Position numbers and translations under genes: made by a program. A stretch of 63,794 nucleotides of DNA, counting the filler, from Stramenopiles sp. TOSAG23-3 (lineage: Eukaryota): assembly GCA_900128585.1 (NCBI GenBank). It is 9 parts of 9 records of this genome, joined end to end, with 100 filler letters (N's around TTAATTAATTAA, not from the genome) between each part and the next. Parts side by side here need not be neighbours in the genome. Positions count along the whole stretch, not along the records: positions 1 to 7,744 come from LT643104.1; positions 7,845 to 15,588 come from LT643105.1; 7 more parts are not named here. One strand, 5' to 3'. Below, piece by piece: positions 1 through 9,680 of the stretch; positions within the stretch are counted from its first letter, which is position 1; each line of letters begins with the position of its first letter. Below the pieces are notes generated by a model. That model ran no database searches. It was not told where the DNA came from and saw nothing but the letters and a program-made list of their open reading frames with translations.

Positions 1-258
1 CAAGTCTTCTTTCTTTTCTTCTTTCTTTTCTTCTTTCTTTTCTTCTTTCTTTTCTTCTTTCTTTTCTTCCCTATTTTCCTTCTCTTTCCTTGCCCTCAGA
101 GCGCGTATTTTCTTCTCTAATTCGAGCTGCTCGGCTTGGCGCATTTTCTCTTGGACGGTGTCGACGTCCTCCTCTTCCTCCTGGATCTCAACGCGCTCCC
201 TGGGCTTTGCACCGTGCTGGCAGGCGGCACCAAAGGTACCGGTGTCGAAGGTCATCAT
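1..258 (-). CDS. Partial ORF running off the window/contig end; charged coiled-coil protein with a KKEE repeat
   Basis: Hand translation from ATG at 258: MMTFDTGTFGAACQHGAKPRERVEIQEEEEDVDTVQEKMRQAEQLELEKKIRALRARKEKENREEKKEEKKEE...KEDL, with no stop before position 1. GC-rich, coding-like composition. Absent from the ORF track because it has no stop. Confidence 0.6.
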   Translation of the reverse strand, partial: MMTFDTGTFGAACQHGAKPRERVEIQEEEEDVDTVQEKMRQAEQLELEKKIRALRARKEKENREEKKEEKKEEKKEEKKEEKKEDL

Positions 259-540
259 CTTGAAAACGAGAGTGAAGGGGTTGGGGGTCGAACGGTCGTC
301 GTCGTATTAATATATATCGTTTTGAATTCTAAATGTCGTCTATTGCTTTATAGATTCAATCAATGTATAACCATATATGAGTTTCCCTAACCTTCTCTTT
401 TCTTTTGTTGTTAAATTATTATTATGTGTATTCTGTATAAATCAGATAGAAATCATAATAATAAAACTGCCGCCGGCCAGCTATGATGATGATGATGTGG
501 TGGGTATATTATAATTTTAATTTTAATTAAAAAAAATACA

Positions 541-950
541 GAGAAGAAAAGAAAGAAGAAAAGAAAGAAGAAAAGAAAGAAGAAAAGAAAGAAGAAAAGA
601 AGGAAGAAAAGAAAGAAGAAAAGAAAGAAGAAAAGAAAGAAGAAAAGAAAGAAGAAAAGAAAGAAGACTTGTTACTTCTTGTATTTTATTATTTATTTTC
701 AAAAAATAAGAAAAACATACTACGTACATGTACTAATTACTACACAGCACAGTAACTACTAGAAAAATTAAAACACTAACGGCCACTCTGAAAGAAAGAG
801 TCGAAAGAAAGAAAGAAAGAAAGAAAAGAAAAGAAAGAAAAGAAAGAAAAGAAAGAAAGAAAGAGTCGAAAGAAAAGAAAAGAAAGAAAAGAAAGAAAAG
901 AAAGAAAAGAAAAGAAAAGAAAGAAAGAAAAGAAAGAAAGAAGGAAGGAT
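541..950. repeat. Purine-rich microsatellites, (AAGAAGAAAAGA)n and (GAAA)n-type
   Basis: Directly visible. Similar tracts at about 7240-7340, 17829-17970, 39210-39365 and 54650-54940. Confidence 0.95.
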
Positions 951-1642
951 TCATTTTTTTTTTTATTATTTTATTTATTTAGATTTTACTCTTCGTATAT
1001 GCATTATATATTTACCTATTTAAATAATACATATTAATTATGTTATATTATAAATACACTCTTTTTCTATTTCATTCTTTAATTTTAATATATCATAATA
1101 CAGTACTGTATTTAAATAGTAAATAAATAACTTATTTATAAAAACTATATTAACAATGCAAACATACTACATGTATAAAACAGTGTTGCACAGTGTATTA
1201 TAGTACATTACGTGATGTATGCAATTATTTTCTTCTTCTTCTTCTCTTTTCTTCTTCTTCATTCTTATTATAATACATTATACTGCTGTACTTCTCTTTG
1301 TGGACTGGTAGGTAGGAAGGAGGTAAGTAGTATAAGGTCTATGTAATCATATGTAGCAAGTAGTAGGTGTTCTTCATCAGTAGTAACTACCAATTGGTAA
1401 TCGGTAATCAAGCTCAACTAAGAACGAACGAACGAACGAACGAACGAATGAATGAATGAATGAATGAGGAAAAAGATTGGCGAAAGAAGAGCTTAAACTT
1501 CTCATACGCCAAAATAACCCAATTCATCCTGTCTCCTGCAATCGTAAAAGAACAACAAAAAGCAGCGCGCGTCCAAACAAACTGGGGCCGATCGATCGAG
1601 TACTACTACTGCTACTGGTGTCGTCGTGGTCGAGCGAGCGCC

Positions 1643-2803
1643 ATGGGAAGACCAACCTTCTCCCCCTGCCCCTCCTCGCTGAGCTTGCTGCTCCTGGCCG
1701 CAACTGTGCTGTTCTCGTGTGACCACCCCCTCGCCGCTTTCAGTAGGTCTCCGGTGAGAGAGCCGGCGTGGGTCAGTGAAGATTTTCCTAGGGCAAACAA
1801 GGCCGCTATGAAGGACGCGTTGGCGTCCGTAGGAATTGTAGATAATAAAAAGCAGGGGCCTCACAGGTTTGCGGAAGTCGGGGAGGTCGGGGGTGGAAAG
1901 GCCCTTGGGATCAAAGGCGTCGGGGGGGCAGACGCCTGCTACAAATTAGTGGGAAAAGATTGCGACGCTTGCCCGAGTCCGGAAAGAAACTGGGCCGGGT
2001 ACGAGGGCTGCGACACGATAACTTCCCAGTGCCAAAACTCCTTCTGCGACCCGCTGTGCCTGGACACGATCCCCTACTGCAAGGTGGAAGGCGTGGAAGA
2101 CAAGGACGGGATGCAGTTTTCCCAGGCAAACAGTCCGGCGACCTCGAGGGCGCTGTGCGCAGTCCTTAAAGCCCACCTTTGCTCGAAGGAAAAGTGCTGC
2201 ATGAAAGACAAGATGCTTCAAAAGTGGACGGAAGAGTTTACCCTGAGCGATGTGGAGAACCCGCCGCTCTCCATCGAAGCGTGCATGCACGACGAGAACG
2301 ACAAAGGGCGGGCGAGCACGCTGTGCAGAGAATGTAAAAAGGCCATGGAGGGGAAAATTGTGGCAAAGCCGTACGCCATTGACAAGGCCTGCGGCGGGCT
2401 GGAGAGTTTTAGTCCCGTGTACGGCGACAACCCCCGGTCTGGAATGCCACAAAAGGAAGAAAGTTTCTATAGCAAAACCACGCCGAAAGCCCCGGTCAAA
2501 GATGAACTAGGGTCCCGCATGCGCCAGGGAAGAACGAACTACGAGTTCGGTTTCCCGGGCGTAGGGGCGCACAAAGCGTTGGTGGAGCGTTGCGAACGCC
2601 TTCACGAAAAGTTGGAGGTCGACTTGCCAAAATTTGCCAAAGAGTTTGCAGCAGAGAACGCGTGCCACTGCATGGGCTGCTGCGATGCTGTAGAAAAGTG
2701 CCATTTTCCAATAGAAGAGAGTGAAGCCGCCCAGGCCAAAGCCCCTCCTGAAGACAAGGACGACCCAAACTTTTCCGTAGGCGGTAAAAATACCGATCAA
2801 TAG
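1643..2803 (+). CDS. Secreted cysteine-rich protein of unknown function
   Basis: ORF 1460..2803. Likely start is ATG 1643 (MGRPTFSPCPSSLSLLLLAATVLFSC..., signal-peptide-like); the upstream ATG lies in a GAAT microsatellite. Many CxxC/CC clusters. Confidence 0.75.
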   Translation: MGRPTFSPCPSSLSLLLLAATVLFSCDHPLAAFSRSPVREPAWVSEDFPRANKAAMKDALASVGIVDNKKQGPHRFAEVGEVGGGKALGIKGVGGADACYKLVGKDCDACPSPERNWAGYEGCDTITSQCQNSFCDPLCLDTIPYCKVEGVEDKDGMQFSQANSPATSRALCAVLKAHLCSKEKCCMKDKMLQKWTEEFTLSDVENPPLSIEACMHDENDKGRASTLCRECKKAMEGKIVAKPYAIDKACGGLESFSPVYGDNPRSGMPQKEESFYSKTTPKAPVKDELGSRMRQGRTNYEFGFPGVGAHKALVERCERLHEKLEVDLPKFAKEFAAENACHCMGCCDAVEKCHFPIEESEAAQAKAPPEDKDDPNFSVGGKNTDQ

Positions 2804-2990
2804 TGCACAATTGTACAAATGTGGCACACTCAAAGTAATTCGTACTGTATTTTTTACTCTTAAACTTACTTTCTACATGTAAAAGATATTTTTTACCGGG
2901 GAGTAGTACAAAAATGCACGAACACACTTCGCCCACACAATTTTAAATATTTTTTCAATTGGTTCATAATAATATTATTAAATACGCCCC

Positions 2991-5669
2991 TCACTGCGCC
3001 TCTGGCCCGGCTTCGTCCTTCGAGCCCTCGTCCTTTTTGCACATGACCGGAAACAACACAATCTTGTCCGAATCCCACCACAAGTCCGGCGTGTGGTCGT
3101 AAATCATACTCCAGATGTAGGGGAGAAAGAAGCTCTCCGGGTTCTCCACTTCCTCGTACGCGTACTTGTTGCCGAAGAGAACGGTGTCCTTTCCCAAAAT
3201 GTCCAGTTCTCCCGGCTCTAGCTTTGCCGCATTCCGCTGCTTGTACCACTGTCGCTGCGCCCGCTCGAGGATCCCCATCACGACTTCGGAGGACCATGTG
3301 CTTGGACTGCTCTCGGAGCGAGCGGCCCTCGTGGCCTCGCTTTCTGCCCCGGCAGCGGAAAGGGGTTCCTGGCCGCCGGCGCTTTCCTGCGCGCCCGCGG
3401 CCTCGTCGGCCGGCGCGCCACCCGCTGCGTTCGACAAGGTGGCCTGCTCCGCCGCCACCGTGCGCTCGAAAAAGTTAATCATCGACAGCATCGACGTGGC
3501 CGCCTTCGACACCTCCTCGTCGGTATCGATCGCCAGGTTGTCGACTATCTCCCTTCTGTGAAGCAGGGCGTACATAAGCTCCAGGTTGTGCGCCAGCATT
3601 TGGGGCCGCAGCGCCACCCCCAGCAGCTCGAGCAGAAGGCCGCAGAGCCGGGTCTCGTTGTCGGCGTCGCCGTCGCGTTCCACCACGCGCTTTCTGCGGC
3701 GCCCGATGACATCCAGCAAGGACATGAGGCGCTGGGCGGCGTACGAGTGGATGCCCCGAATGTGGGGGGCCATGTTCGACAAAATAGCAAAGCAGTTCTC
3801 GTGCACGAACGAGTCCATGGCGCGAGTGCTATTGTACTGCAGAGTGCGCAGCATTATAATCAAGGTCAAACTTCCCAAGGAGATATTATTTACAGCCCGC
3901 TCCTTCAGCCACGGCACGTTCGGGACCGCCATTCGCCGGTGCGCCCCCTCGTTGAACGCCACGTCCTCCGACAGGACGAGCATCAGGATCAAAATAACGT
4001 ACAAGTGGGACGGTGCGATAGACGGGGTGTTGTACATGGTTTCCAGCAACGGCAGCACGACCGTGTCCAGGTCGTCCCGTGCCAAGACAAAGTCTAAAAA
4101 CATCCTGTTCGAGTGGAGCAACGAGTAGAGCATGATGGCCCCCTTCCCGCCGTTCAAAAAGTACTCGAACGCTTGAAACAGCGTTTCAAACGGGATTCGA
4201 GGCGTCCAATCGAACGATATCGCCCCGCCACCACCCCGGGGCGCGAACTGGTCCTCGTTCGCGATGGCCACAAAGCTTTCCCGGAACGGGTTCGTCCACG
4301 GGACGCCTTGGGGCCCGCCGGCCTTCCCCGCGGAGGGGCAGTCCCGGCAGTTGTTCACCAAGACGCAGAGGAGCAGCATGGACCGCTCGGCCAACGGGCA
4401 GCCCTCGGCGGCGGAGGGGAAAAAATACTCGTACAGCTGCAGCGGTATGTGCAGGACTATGTTCGTCGCCATTCTCAGCAAGCTGTTCGACGTGCTAGGC
4501 GCGGTGGCCGGCCCCGCCCCGGGACCCCTCGCGGGCGAGGCGCGGCCGCTGGGCCCCCAGGCCTTTTTCGCGCCCCCCTGCTGCTCGCCGTTGCTCGTCA
4601 TGCTGCTGTACTGCGCGCGGTAGGCCTTGCTGGTGGCCACCGCCGAGACGATGGCGGCGGACGCGGGCGGTCGCCGCCGGAGCGAAAACCTGTTCAAGAG
4701 GGCGAGGACGAACGCGCTCGCAAGCATCGTTCTCGTCGCCACCGATGACTTTCTCCGCGGCACCGGCCCCTCCCCCTCCTCCTCGGCGCCCTTTCCCTTT
4801 CGCTCTTGCCCCTCGGCGTTCGTGCCCGTGGCGGCCGGGTCGCCCTCCGCGAAGCTGGTCACGATCGTGCCGTCCGAGCTGGCAATGTCCATCATAATTC
4901 GAAGAAACAGGTGCGACTTGACTTTGCTCCTCGGGCCCTGGGCCGAGGCCTCGCCCTCTGCGTGAATTTTCTCCTCCTCCTCGGCAAAGTCGGGGGGGGG
5001 CTGGAACATCTGCGTGGAGCAAAGCACGAGGAGCAGGTTCAGGACCTCGACGTGGAGGTCGTACGAGGCCGGGTTCGGGGTGTTTATGACACAAAAATCC
5101 ATCAAGGCGAGAAGGAACCGTCGGGGGAGGGACATCTTCCGCGCGTCGCTGCCGCCTTCGCCGCCCGCGGCCGTCGTCTCAAAAAAGTACCTGGACAACT
5201 CCGCGTCGGTGTCCGAGGTTTCGATAAAATACTGGGAAAATTTACGGACCAGGAAGAGGGCGTTGGTCGCGGACTGGACCGCGGCCACGACGAAGGCGGG
5301 CGTGTCCTGGGTGGCGGCCCCGGGGCCTACCGCTGCCCCGGGGGGCTGGTGGGGGTCCTTGGGCCCCGTCGTGTTCGCCCCGGGCCTGCCAATAAGATCG
5401 TTGGGCAAACCGTTTAAAATCTGTATGGTTTTGCGCAGGAGCATTTGAAAATTCTGCGTGGCCGGGTTGTTCATTTTCAAGAGTGGACTGAACTCGCTGA
5501 CCCTCACCTGGGCGCTCGCGGGGTCCGCAGGCAGCCACCGCCGGAGGCCGAGCGCCGGCGTCAGCAGCTCCCAGTCCGCATCGTCCTTGTCGACCCTTTT
5601 TGAGGACGAAAACCGCTGCAGCGCGCGCTTTTCCTCGACGTCGAATATCGCAGACGTTGTCCCGCCCAT
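2991..5669 (-). CDS. DYM: Dymeclin (Golgi, N-myristoylated)
   Basis: MGGTTS myristoylation-type start; LLLVLCSTQMF, LYSLLHSN and YVILILMLVLSED blocks; C-terminal YEEVENPESFFLPYIWSMIY, typical of dymeclin. Confidence 0.9.
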   Translation of the reverse strand: MGGTTSAIFDVEEKRALQRFSSSKRVDKDDADWELLTPALGLRRWLPADPASAQVRVSEFSPLLKMNNPATQNFQMLLRKTIQILNGLPNDLIGRPGANTTGPKDPHQPPGAAVGPGAATQDTPAFVVAAVQSATNALFLVRKFSQYFIETSDTDAELSRYFFETTAAGGEGGSDARKMSLPRRFLLALMDFCVINTPNPASYDLHVEVLNLLLVLCSTQMFQPPPDFAEEEEKIHAEGEASAQGPRSKVKSHLFLRIMMDIASSDGTIVTSFAEGDPAATGTNAEGQERKGKGAEEEGEGPVPRRKSSVATRTMLASAFVLALLNRFSLRRRPPASAAIVSAVATSKAYRAQYSSMTSNGEQQGGAKKAWGPSGRASPARGPGAGPATAPSTSNSLLRMATNIVLHIPLQLYEYFFPSAAEGCPLAERSMLLLCVLVNNCRDCPSAGKAGGPQGVPWTNPFRESFVAIANEDQFAPRGGGGAISFDWTPRIPFETLFQAFEYFLNGGKGAIMLYSLLHSNRMFLDFVLARDDLDTVVLPLLETMYNTPSIAPSHLYVILILMLVLSEDVAFNEGAHRRMAVPNVPWLKERAVNNISLGSLTLIIMLRTLQYNSTRAMDSFVHENCFAILSNMAPHIRGIHSYAAQRLMSLLDVIGRRRKRVVERDGDADNETRLCGLLLELLGVALRPQMLAHNLELMYALLHRREIVDNLAIDTDEEVSKAATSMLSMINFFERTVAAEQATLSNAAGGAPADEAAGAQESAGGQEPLSAAGAESEATRAARSESSPSTWSSEVVMGILERAQRQWYKQRNAAKLEPGELDILGKDTVLFGNKYAYEEVENPESFFLPYIWSMIYDHTPDLWWDSDKIVLFPVMCKKDEGSKDEAGPEAQ

Positions 5670-6317
5670 GGCTGGTAGAAACGGCGGTTGGTTCTCCCTA
5701 GTGAAACACCGAGGGTGGGGCGTAAGAACGTATACGTATCTCTGATGTGGTGGAGGACGGGGCTAGAATGAACGAATGAAAGGGGGTATATGGTGTGATG
5801 TGTCTGTACAGAATGACAAAACAGTGCCTCTGTATCTCTCTCTCTGTGTGTGTGTGTGTGTGTCTATTCTCCAATTGTTTTTTTCTCCTATTTTTATATT
5901 ATCAATTGTTTTTTTCTTTTTTTTACTGATTTTGTTTACACACAACTTATTATTATTATTTAAAATAATAAGTCAATTCAAAATAATAATGATTTCTCTA
6001 TTATTATTTATTATTATTATTAGAGACAGACGACCGACCGACCGACCTCTCCCTTCTCCTATATAATAATAAATAATAATACGATGAAGTAATTAAATTA
6101 AAAATAGAAGTGGTGGTGCGTGTATTCTATTATTATTATACTTCTTTCTTCTCTCTTCATTCTTCTTCCGATTCTTTCTTCTTCTTCTTCTTTAAAAAAA
6201 TAATATAATAATAATAATTATTATTAATTATTAATGATAATAATAAACCCCTTCTTCTTTCTTCTTCTTTTCCTTCATTCATCATCACATGATATATTTA
6301 TCACTTTACTTTTATTA

Positions 6318-6770
6318 TTAAGCGATATCCATGCCACTGCTTTCAACGGATGCTGCCGTACTTTCCTTAGTGCCATTGCTTGCTTCTTTGGTGGAAGAGG
6401 GTGCTGGGGGAGGAGATGCACTCGACGAGGCGGCCGTCTTGTTCGCGTCCGTAACAACGGCAACTTGTTCCGCCCGTTTGGCTTCCTGGTCCTCGCGGTA
6501 CTTGTTCAAGAACACACGCAGGGGTTCCTTGTACTCTTCAAAATCTACTTCCTCTAAAGCGGCAAAAATATCGGCTGCACTAATGGTGGAACGTTTCGAT
6601 TCCTTGCATATGTCGAGAGCGCATGACGTTAGGTAGAGTACAAATATGCCGGCGGCCTTGGAAAACGCTAGCTTTGCTTCTCGGCCGACTTGTACGCCGT
6701 CGGGCAACCTCGCTTTGACTATCCTGGTAATGGAGGCCACTGGTAAACCAAACTCTGCCTCGGGGTCCAT
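6318..6770 (-). CDS. POLE3: Histone-fold protein, DNA polymerase epsilon subunit 3 / DPB4 / CHRAC17
   Basis: LPVASITRIVKARLPDGVQVGREAKLAFSKAAGIFVLYLTSCA...KRSTISAADIFAALEEVDF matches the POLE3 histone fold. Confidence 0.88.
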   Translation of the reverse strand: MDPEAEFGLPVASITRIVKARLPDGVQVGREAKLAFSKAAGIFVLYLTSCALDICKESKRSTISAADIFAALEEVDFEEYKEPLRVFLNKYREDQEAKRAEQVAVVTDANKTAASSSASPPPAPSSTKEASNGTKESTAASVESSGMDIA

Positions 6771-7744
6771 GGTATCTTACAATAACTCGGTTCTGTTGGT
6801 TGCAATGGTTTGTCTGTTTGCTTGTTTTTTTTTATATATATATATATATATATATCCTTTCTTTCTTAACGATTGTGTATGATATAAACTTGTTTTCCTT
6901 TCTTTCTTTTTACTTATACGTTTATATTATTTATGTATAGATAAAGATATTAAATTATTCAATAATAATCAATTCAAAATGTTACTATTATTATTATTAA
7001 TTATTATTATTATTATTATATTTTTTTTTTCATAATTTTTTTATTATTATTATATTACTGTATTATACTGTAGTATTACTGTATTATTTATTAGACGACT
7101 ATTATTATTATTTATAAATGAATACATTATTATTATTAAATATACATACTGTACCATCCAGACTGTATAATGATGTACACTGTACTGTGATTTAAGAAGT
7201 AATAAAATAATAATAAAATTTAATATATTATTTAGATAGAAGATAAAAGAAGAAGAAGAAGAAAGAAGAAGAAGAAAGAAAAAGAAAATAAAAGAAGAAG
7301 ATAAAAGAAGAAGATAAAAGAAGAAGATAAAAGAAGAAGAAATGCTCACATACAGGCCACAGGCAAAGGGACGAAAACAAATACTTTTTAATAAAACAAA
7401 TTGAACTCGTTCCGTATTCTAAGAACGTATTTGAGTATGTTTAATGTCTTTTGATAGGTATATTGTGATTTTTGGTATTTTGTATAATTTGTACTTGTAT
7501 ACCCAATAACAATATTCTAATTATATATTGTATAGGAATAACCAGGGCGGTTAAAATTTTCAGGAGTTTGGAGTTTAGCATGGTACAGCATTGATGGGGA
7601 ATCCTATTCTATTTATAATTTAAGATTAAGGTTATATTATACTTTCTACTATTAAATGAAAAAAAAGAAATCTTCTCTCTTCTCTCTCTTCTCTTTCTCT
7701 CTTTTATTTCAAATTCCATTTTTATTTTGATTTAATAAATAAAT

Positions 7745-7844
7745 NNNNNNNNNNNNNNNNNNNNNNNNNNNNNNNNNNNNNNNNNNNNTTAATTAATTAA
7801 NNNNNNNNNNNNNNNNNNNNNNNNNNNNNNNNNNNNNNNNNNNN
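7745..7844. other. Artificial contig spacer (N44-TTAATTAATTAA-N44)
   Basis: Identical 100-nt spacers at 15589-15688, 23426-23525, 31251-31350, 39073-39172, 46893-46992, 54708-54807 and 62519-62618. Contig lengths fall from 7744 to 7711. Confidence 0.99.
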
Positions 7845-8056
7845 GATAACTAGAGAAGAATGGGAAATAAAAAAACAAAAAAAAAACAACAACAACAAAC
7901 AATTTGATACATCAGAATGAATCCAAAGAAATGAAATGTAAAAGAAAATCTGGACATTGCAAATGAAGACAAATACCATAGAAAAGAAACGCATAGCTCA
8001 AAATTTACGGAAACAGCAGAAACAAAGAAAGAAAAAGAATAAACATCATTTTCATT

Positions 8057-8920
8057 ATGTCAGAATTGTTATCCAATTTCTTGCCACCTGGATTATCCCA
8101 CGGAATCGACTGGAACGACTCAACCGTGCAAATATGGTTTTTTGGTGTACCAATCTCGCATATTTTGCTGTCCTTGATCTTTCGTTTAATAAATGTATGG
8201 CCTATGCCAACAAAGAGGCCGAGTACAACCCCTGAAACAAATTCAAGAGTTTCAGATATGGTTGCGTATAACATTGTAGCTGGTCTTGTCTGTTGTTACC
8301 AAGCGTGGTATGGAATAATATTCCAATTTGGATTATACGGAAACACAGAGTTAACAACATTGCAGAACGTGAAAGGTGAACCATCATACACACGATTTTA
8401 TGGAAACAGTGAAATGATAAAAAAAAAATTGATGGTTTCCATGTGTGGGTATCAACTTTATAATTTACTGCTTTGTTTTTTCATGAACGATTTATGGTCG
8501 GCGTCTATGGTGGGGCATCACTTTTTCACTGGAACCTTGGCGTATATGGGTCTGCATCCTTATCTGCAGTGCAAGGCAGTTTTCTTTTTTGGGGTCGCCG
8601 AATTTTCAAATGTTTTTCTAGCATTTCGTGATTTCTTTCGATACATCCCAAAGTTAAGAACAGAATATCCCTCGCTTTTTCGTCTATCGTCATATTCGTT
8701 CGGGGTTTCATTCATTATTATCAGAATGATTATGTGGCCGTATATATGTTACGATTTTTGGATGGATTCGATCTATTTGATCCAATCGGGTGAAGCGCAT
8801 TCAAATTTAGTTGTCGTCACGTTCTTGGTTGCAAATGTATTCCTCACTGGTTTGCAATTTTTTTGGGGCAAATTGATCTTTGATATTATTCTTGGGAAAA
8901 AGAAGCAAAAGAACACTTAG
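8057..8920 (+). CDS. TLC (TRAM/LAG1/CLN8) domain membrane protein, TLCD4/TMEM56-like
   Basis: Multiple TM helices; MVGHH, AEFSNVFL, FIIIRMIMW and LTGLQFFWG motifs. Confidence 0.85.
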   Translation: MSELLSNFLPPGLSHGIDWNDSTVQIWFFGVPISHILLSLIFRLINVWPMPTKRPSTTPETNSRVSDMVAYNIVAGLVCCYQAWYGIIFQFGLYGNTELTTLQNVKGEPSYTRFYGNSEMIKKKLMVSMCGYQLYNLLLCFFMNDLWSASMVGHHFFTGTLAYMGLHPYLQCKAVFFFGVAEFSNVFLAFRDFFRYIPKLRTEYPSLFRLSSYSFGVSFIIIRMIMWPYICYDFWMDSIYLIQSGEAHSNLVVVTFLVANVFLTGLQFFWGKLIFDIILGKKKQKNT

Positions 8921-9060
8921 ATGAAACATCAGGAACGCGCACACTTTTCCGAATTTTGAACAGTAAGCAAACAATGCACAGAGCAAATTAATAGAAAAAA
9001 ATGAAATTGGAGACAGAGAAAGAGGAAGAAAAGAAAATTTAACCTGGGAGTGGTTTAACA

Positions 9061-9680
9061 AAAACAAGAAAAATTGGCTGTTATTTTAAATAGTAATTAA
9101 AATGGTTTAACATAAAATTAACCTTGAGTGGTTTAATATAAAATTAACCTTGAATGGTTTAACATTTTCAAATTGAAACATTTTACTCTTTATAATTTCA
9201 GCCAATTTTCTTGTTTTTAATTTTAGATAAACTGAGTTGGGATTTTTTTTCGTGAAAACATTCTCATTTTGAATGTTTATTCTGACTTCAGAACACAAAA
9301 TAATGGCTGTGTTTTGATTTCTTATCTCTGCTCCTGAGATTTTACTAGTAATAATACGCGTGTACATTAAAAGCAAGAATATTGGCTGTTATTTAAGTAA
9401 TCAAAATTAATGTACTGCGAACTGAAATCTATAAATAAAAATGACTCATATTGCTGTTTTTTAGTTGATTTGGCAGAGAGTAAGAGCCACAAATTTTCTA
9501 TTACTGACGAGATACATGTGCGTGTGCGTTTTTATAATTAAAGAAAGTTTTTATAATTGGCAGAATTAATTTTAATTACTTAATAAATAACAGTTCATTT
9601 TAAAATTTTAATTACTTAATAACAGAGTAGTAAATCAATTTTCTTGCTTCTTTATATAAATAACAGCCAATTTTTCGTTT
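9061..9680. repeat. Cluster of AAGAAAATTGGCTGTTATTTAAGTAATTAAA motif copies between convergent genes
   Basis: Plus-strand copies at about 9061 and 9372; minus-strand copies at about 9565-9593, 9602-9625 and 9658-9680. Other copies at about 15499, 23840(-), 43844, 46993 and 52945(-). Confidence 0.85.

Noticed and set aside
523..954. ORFs made of FLLS/FLSF repeats (also 7050-7349, 45818-46081, 54760-54966, 62156-62377)
   Set aside because: Translations of microsatellite and low-complexity DNA.
3166..5745. Many long antisense or alternate-frame ORFs over GC-rich genes (also 19702-20823, 32579-33609, 42683-43606)
   Set aside because: Shadow ORFs expected from high GC3; no recognisable domains.
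7745..7844. Regularly spaced TTAATTAATTAA palindromes about every 7.8 kb
   Set aside because: Artificial all-frame stop linkers between size-sorted contigs. ORF tails ending XXXLIN are artefacts, and no cross-spacer gene cluster can be inferred.
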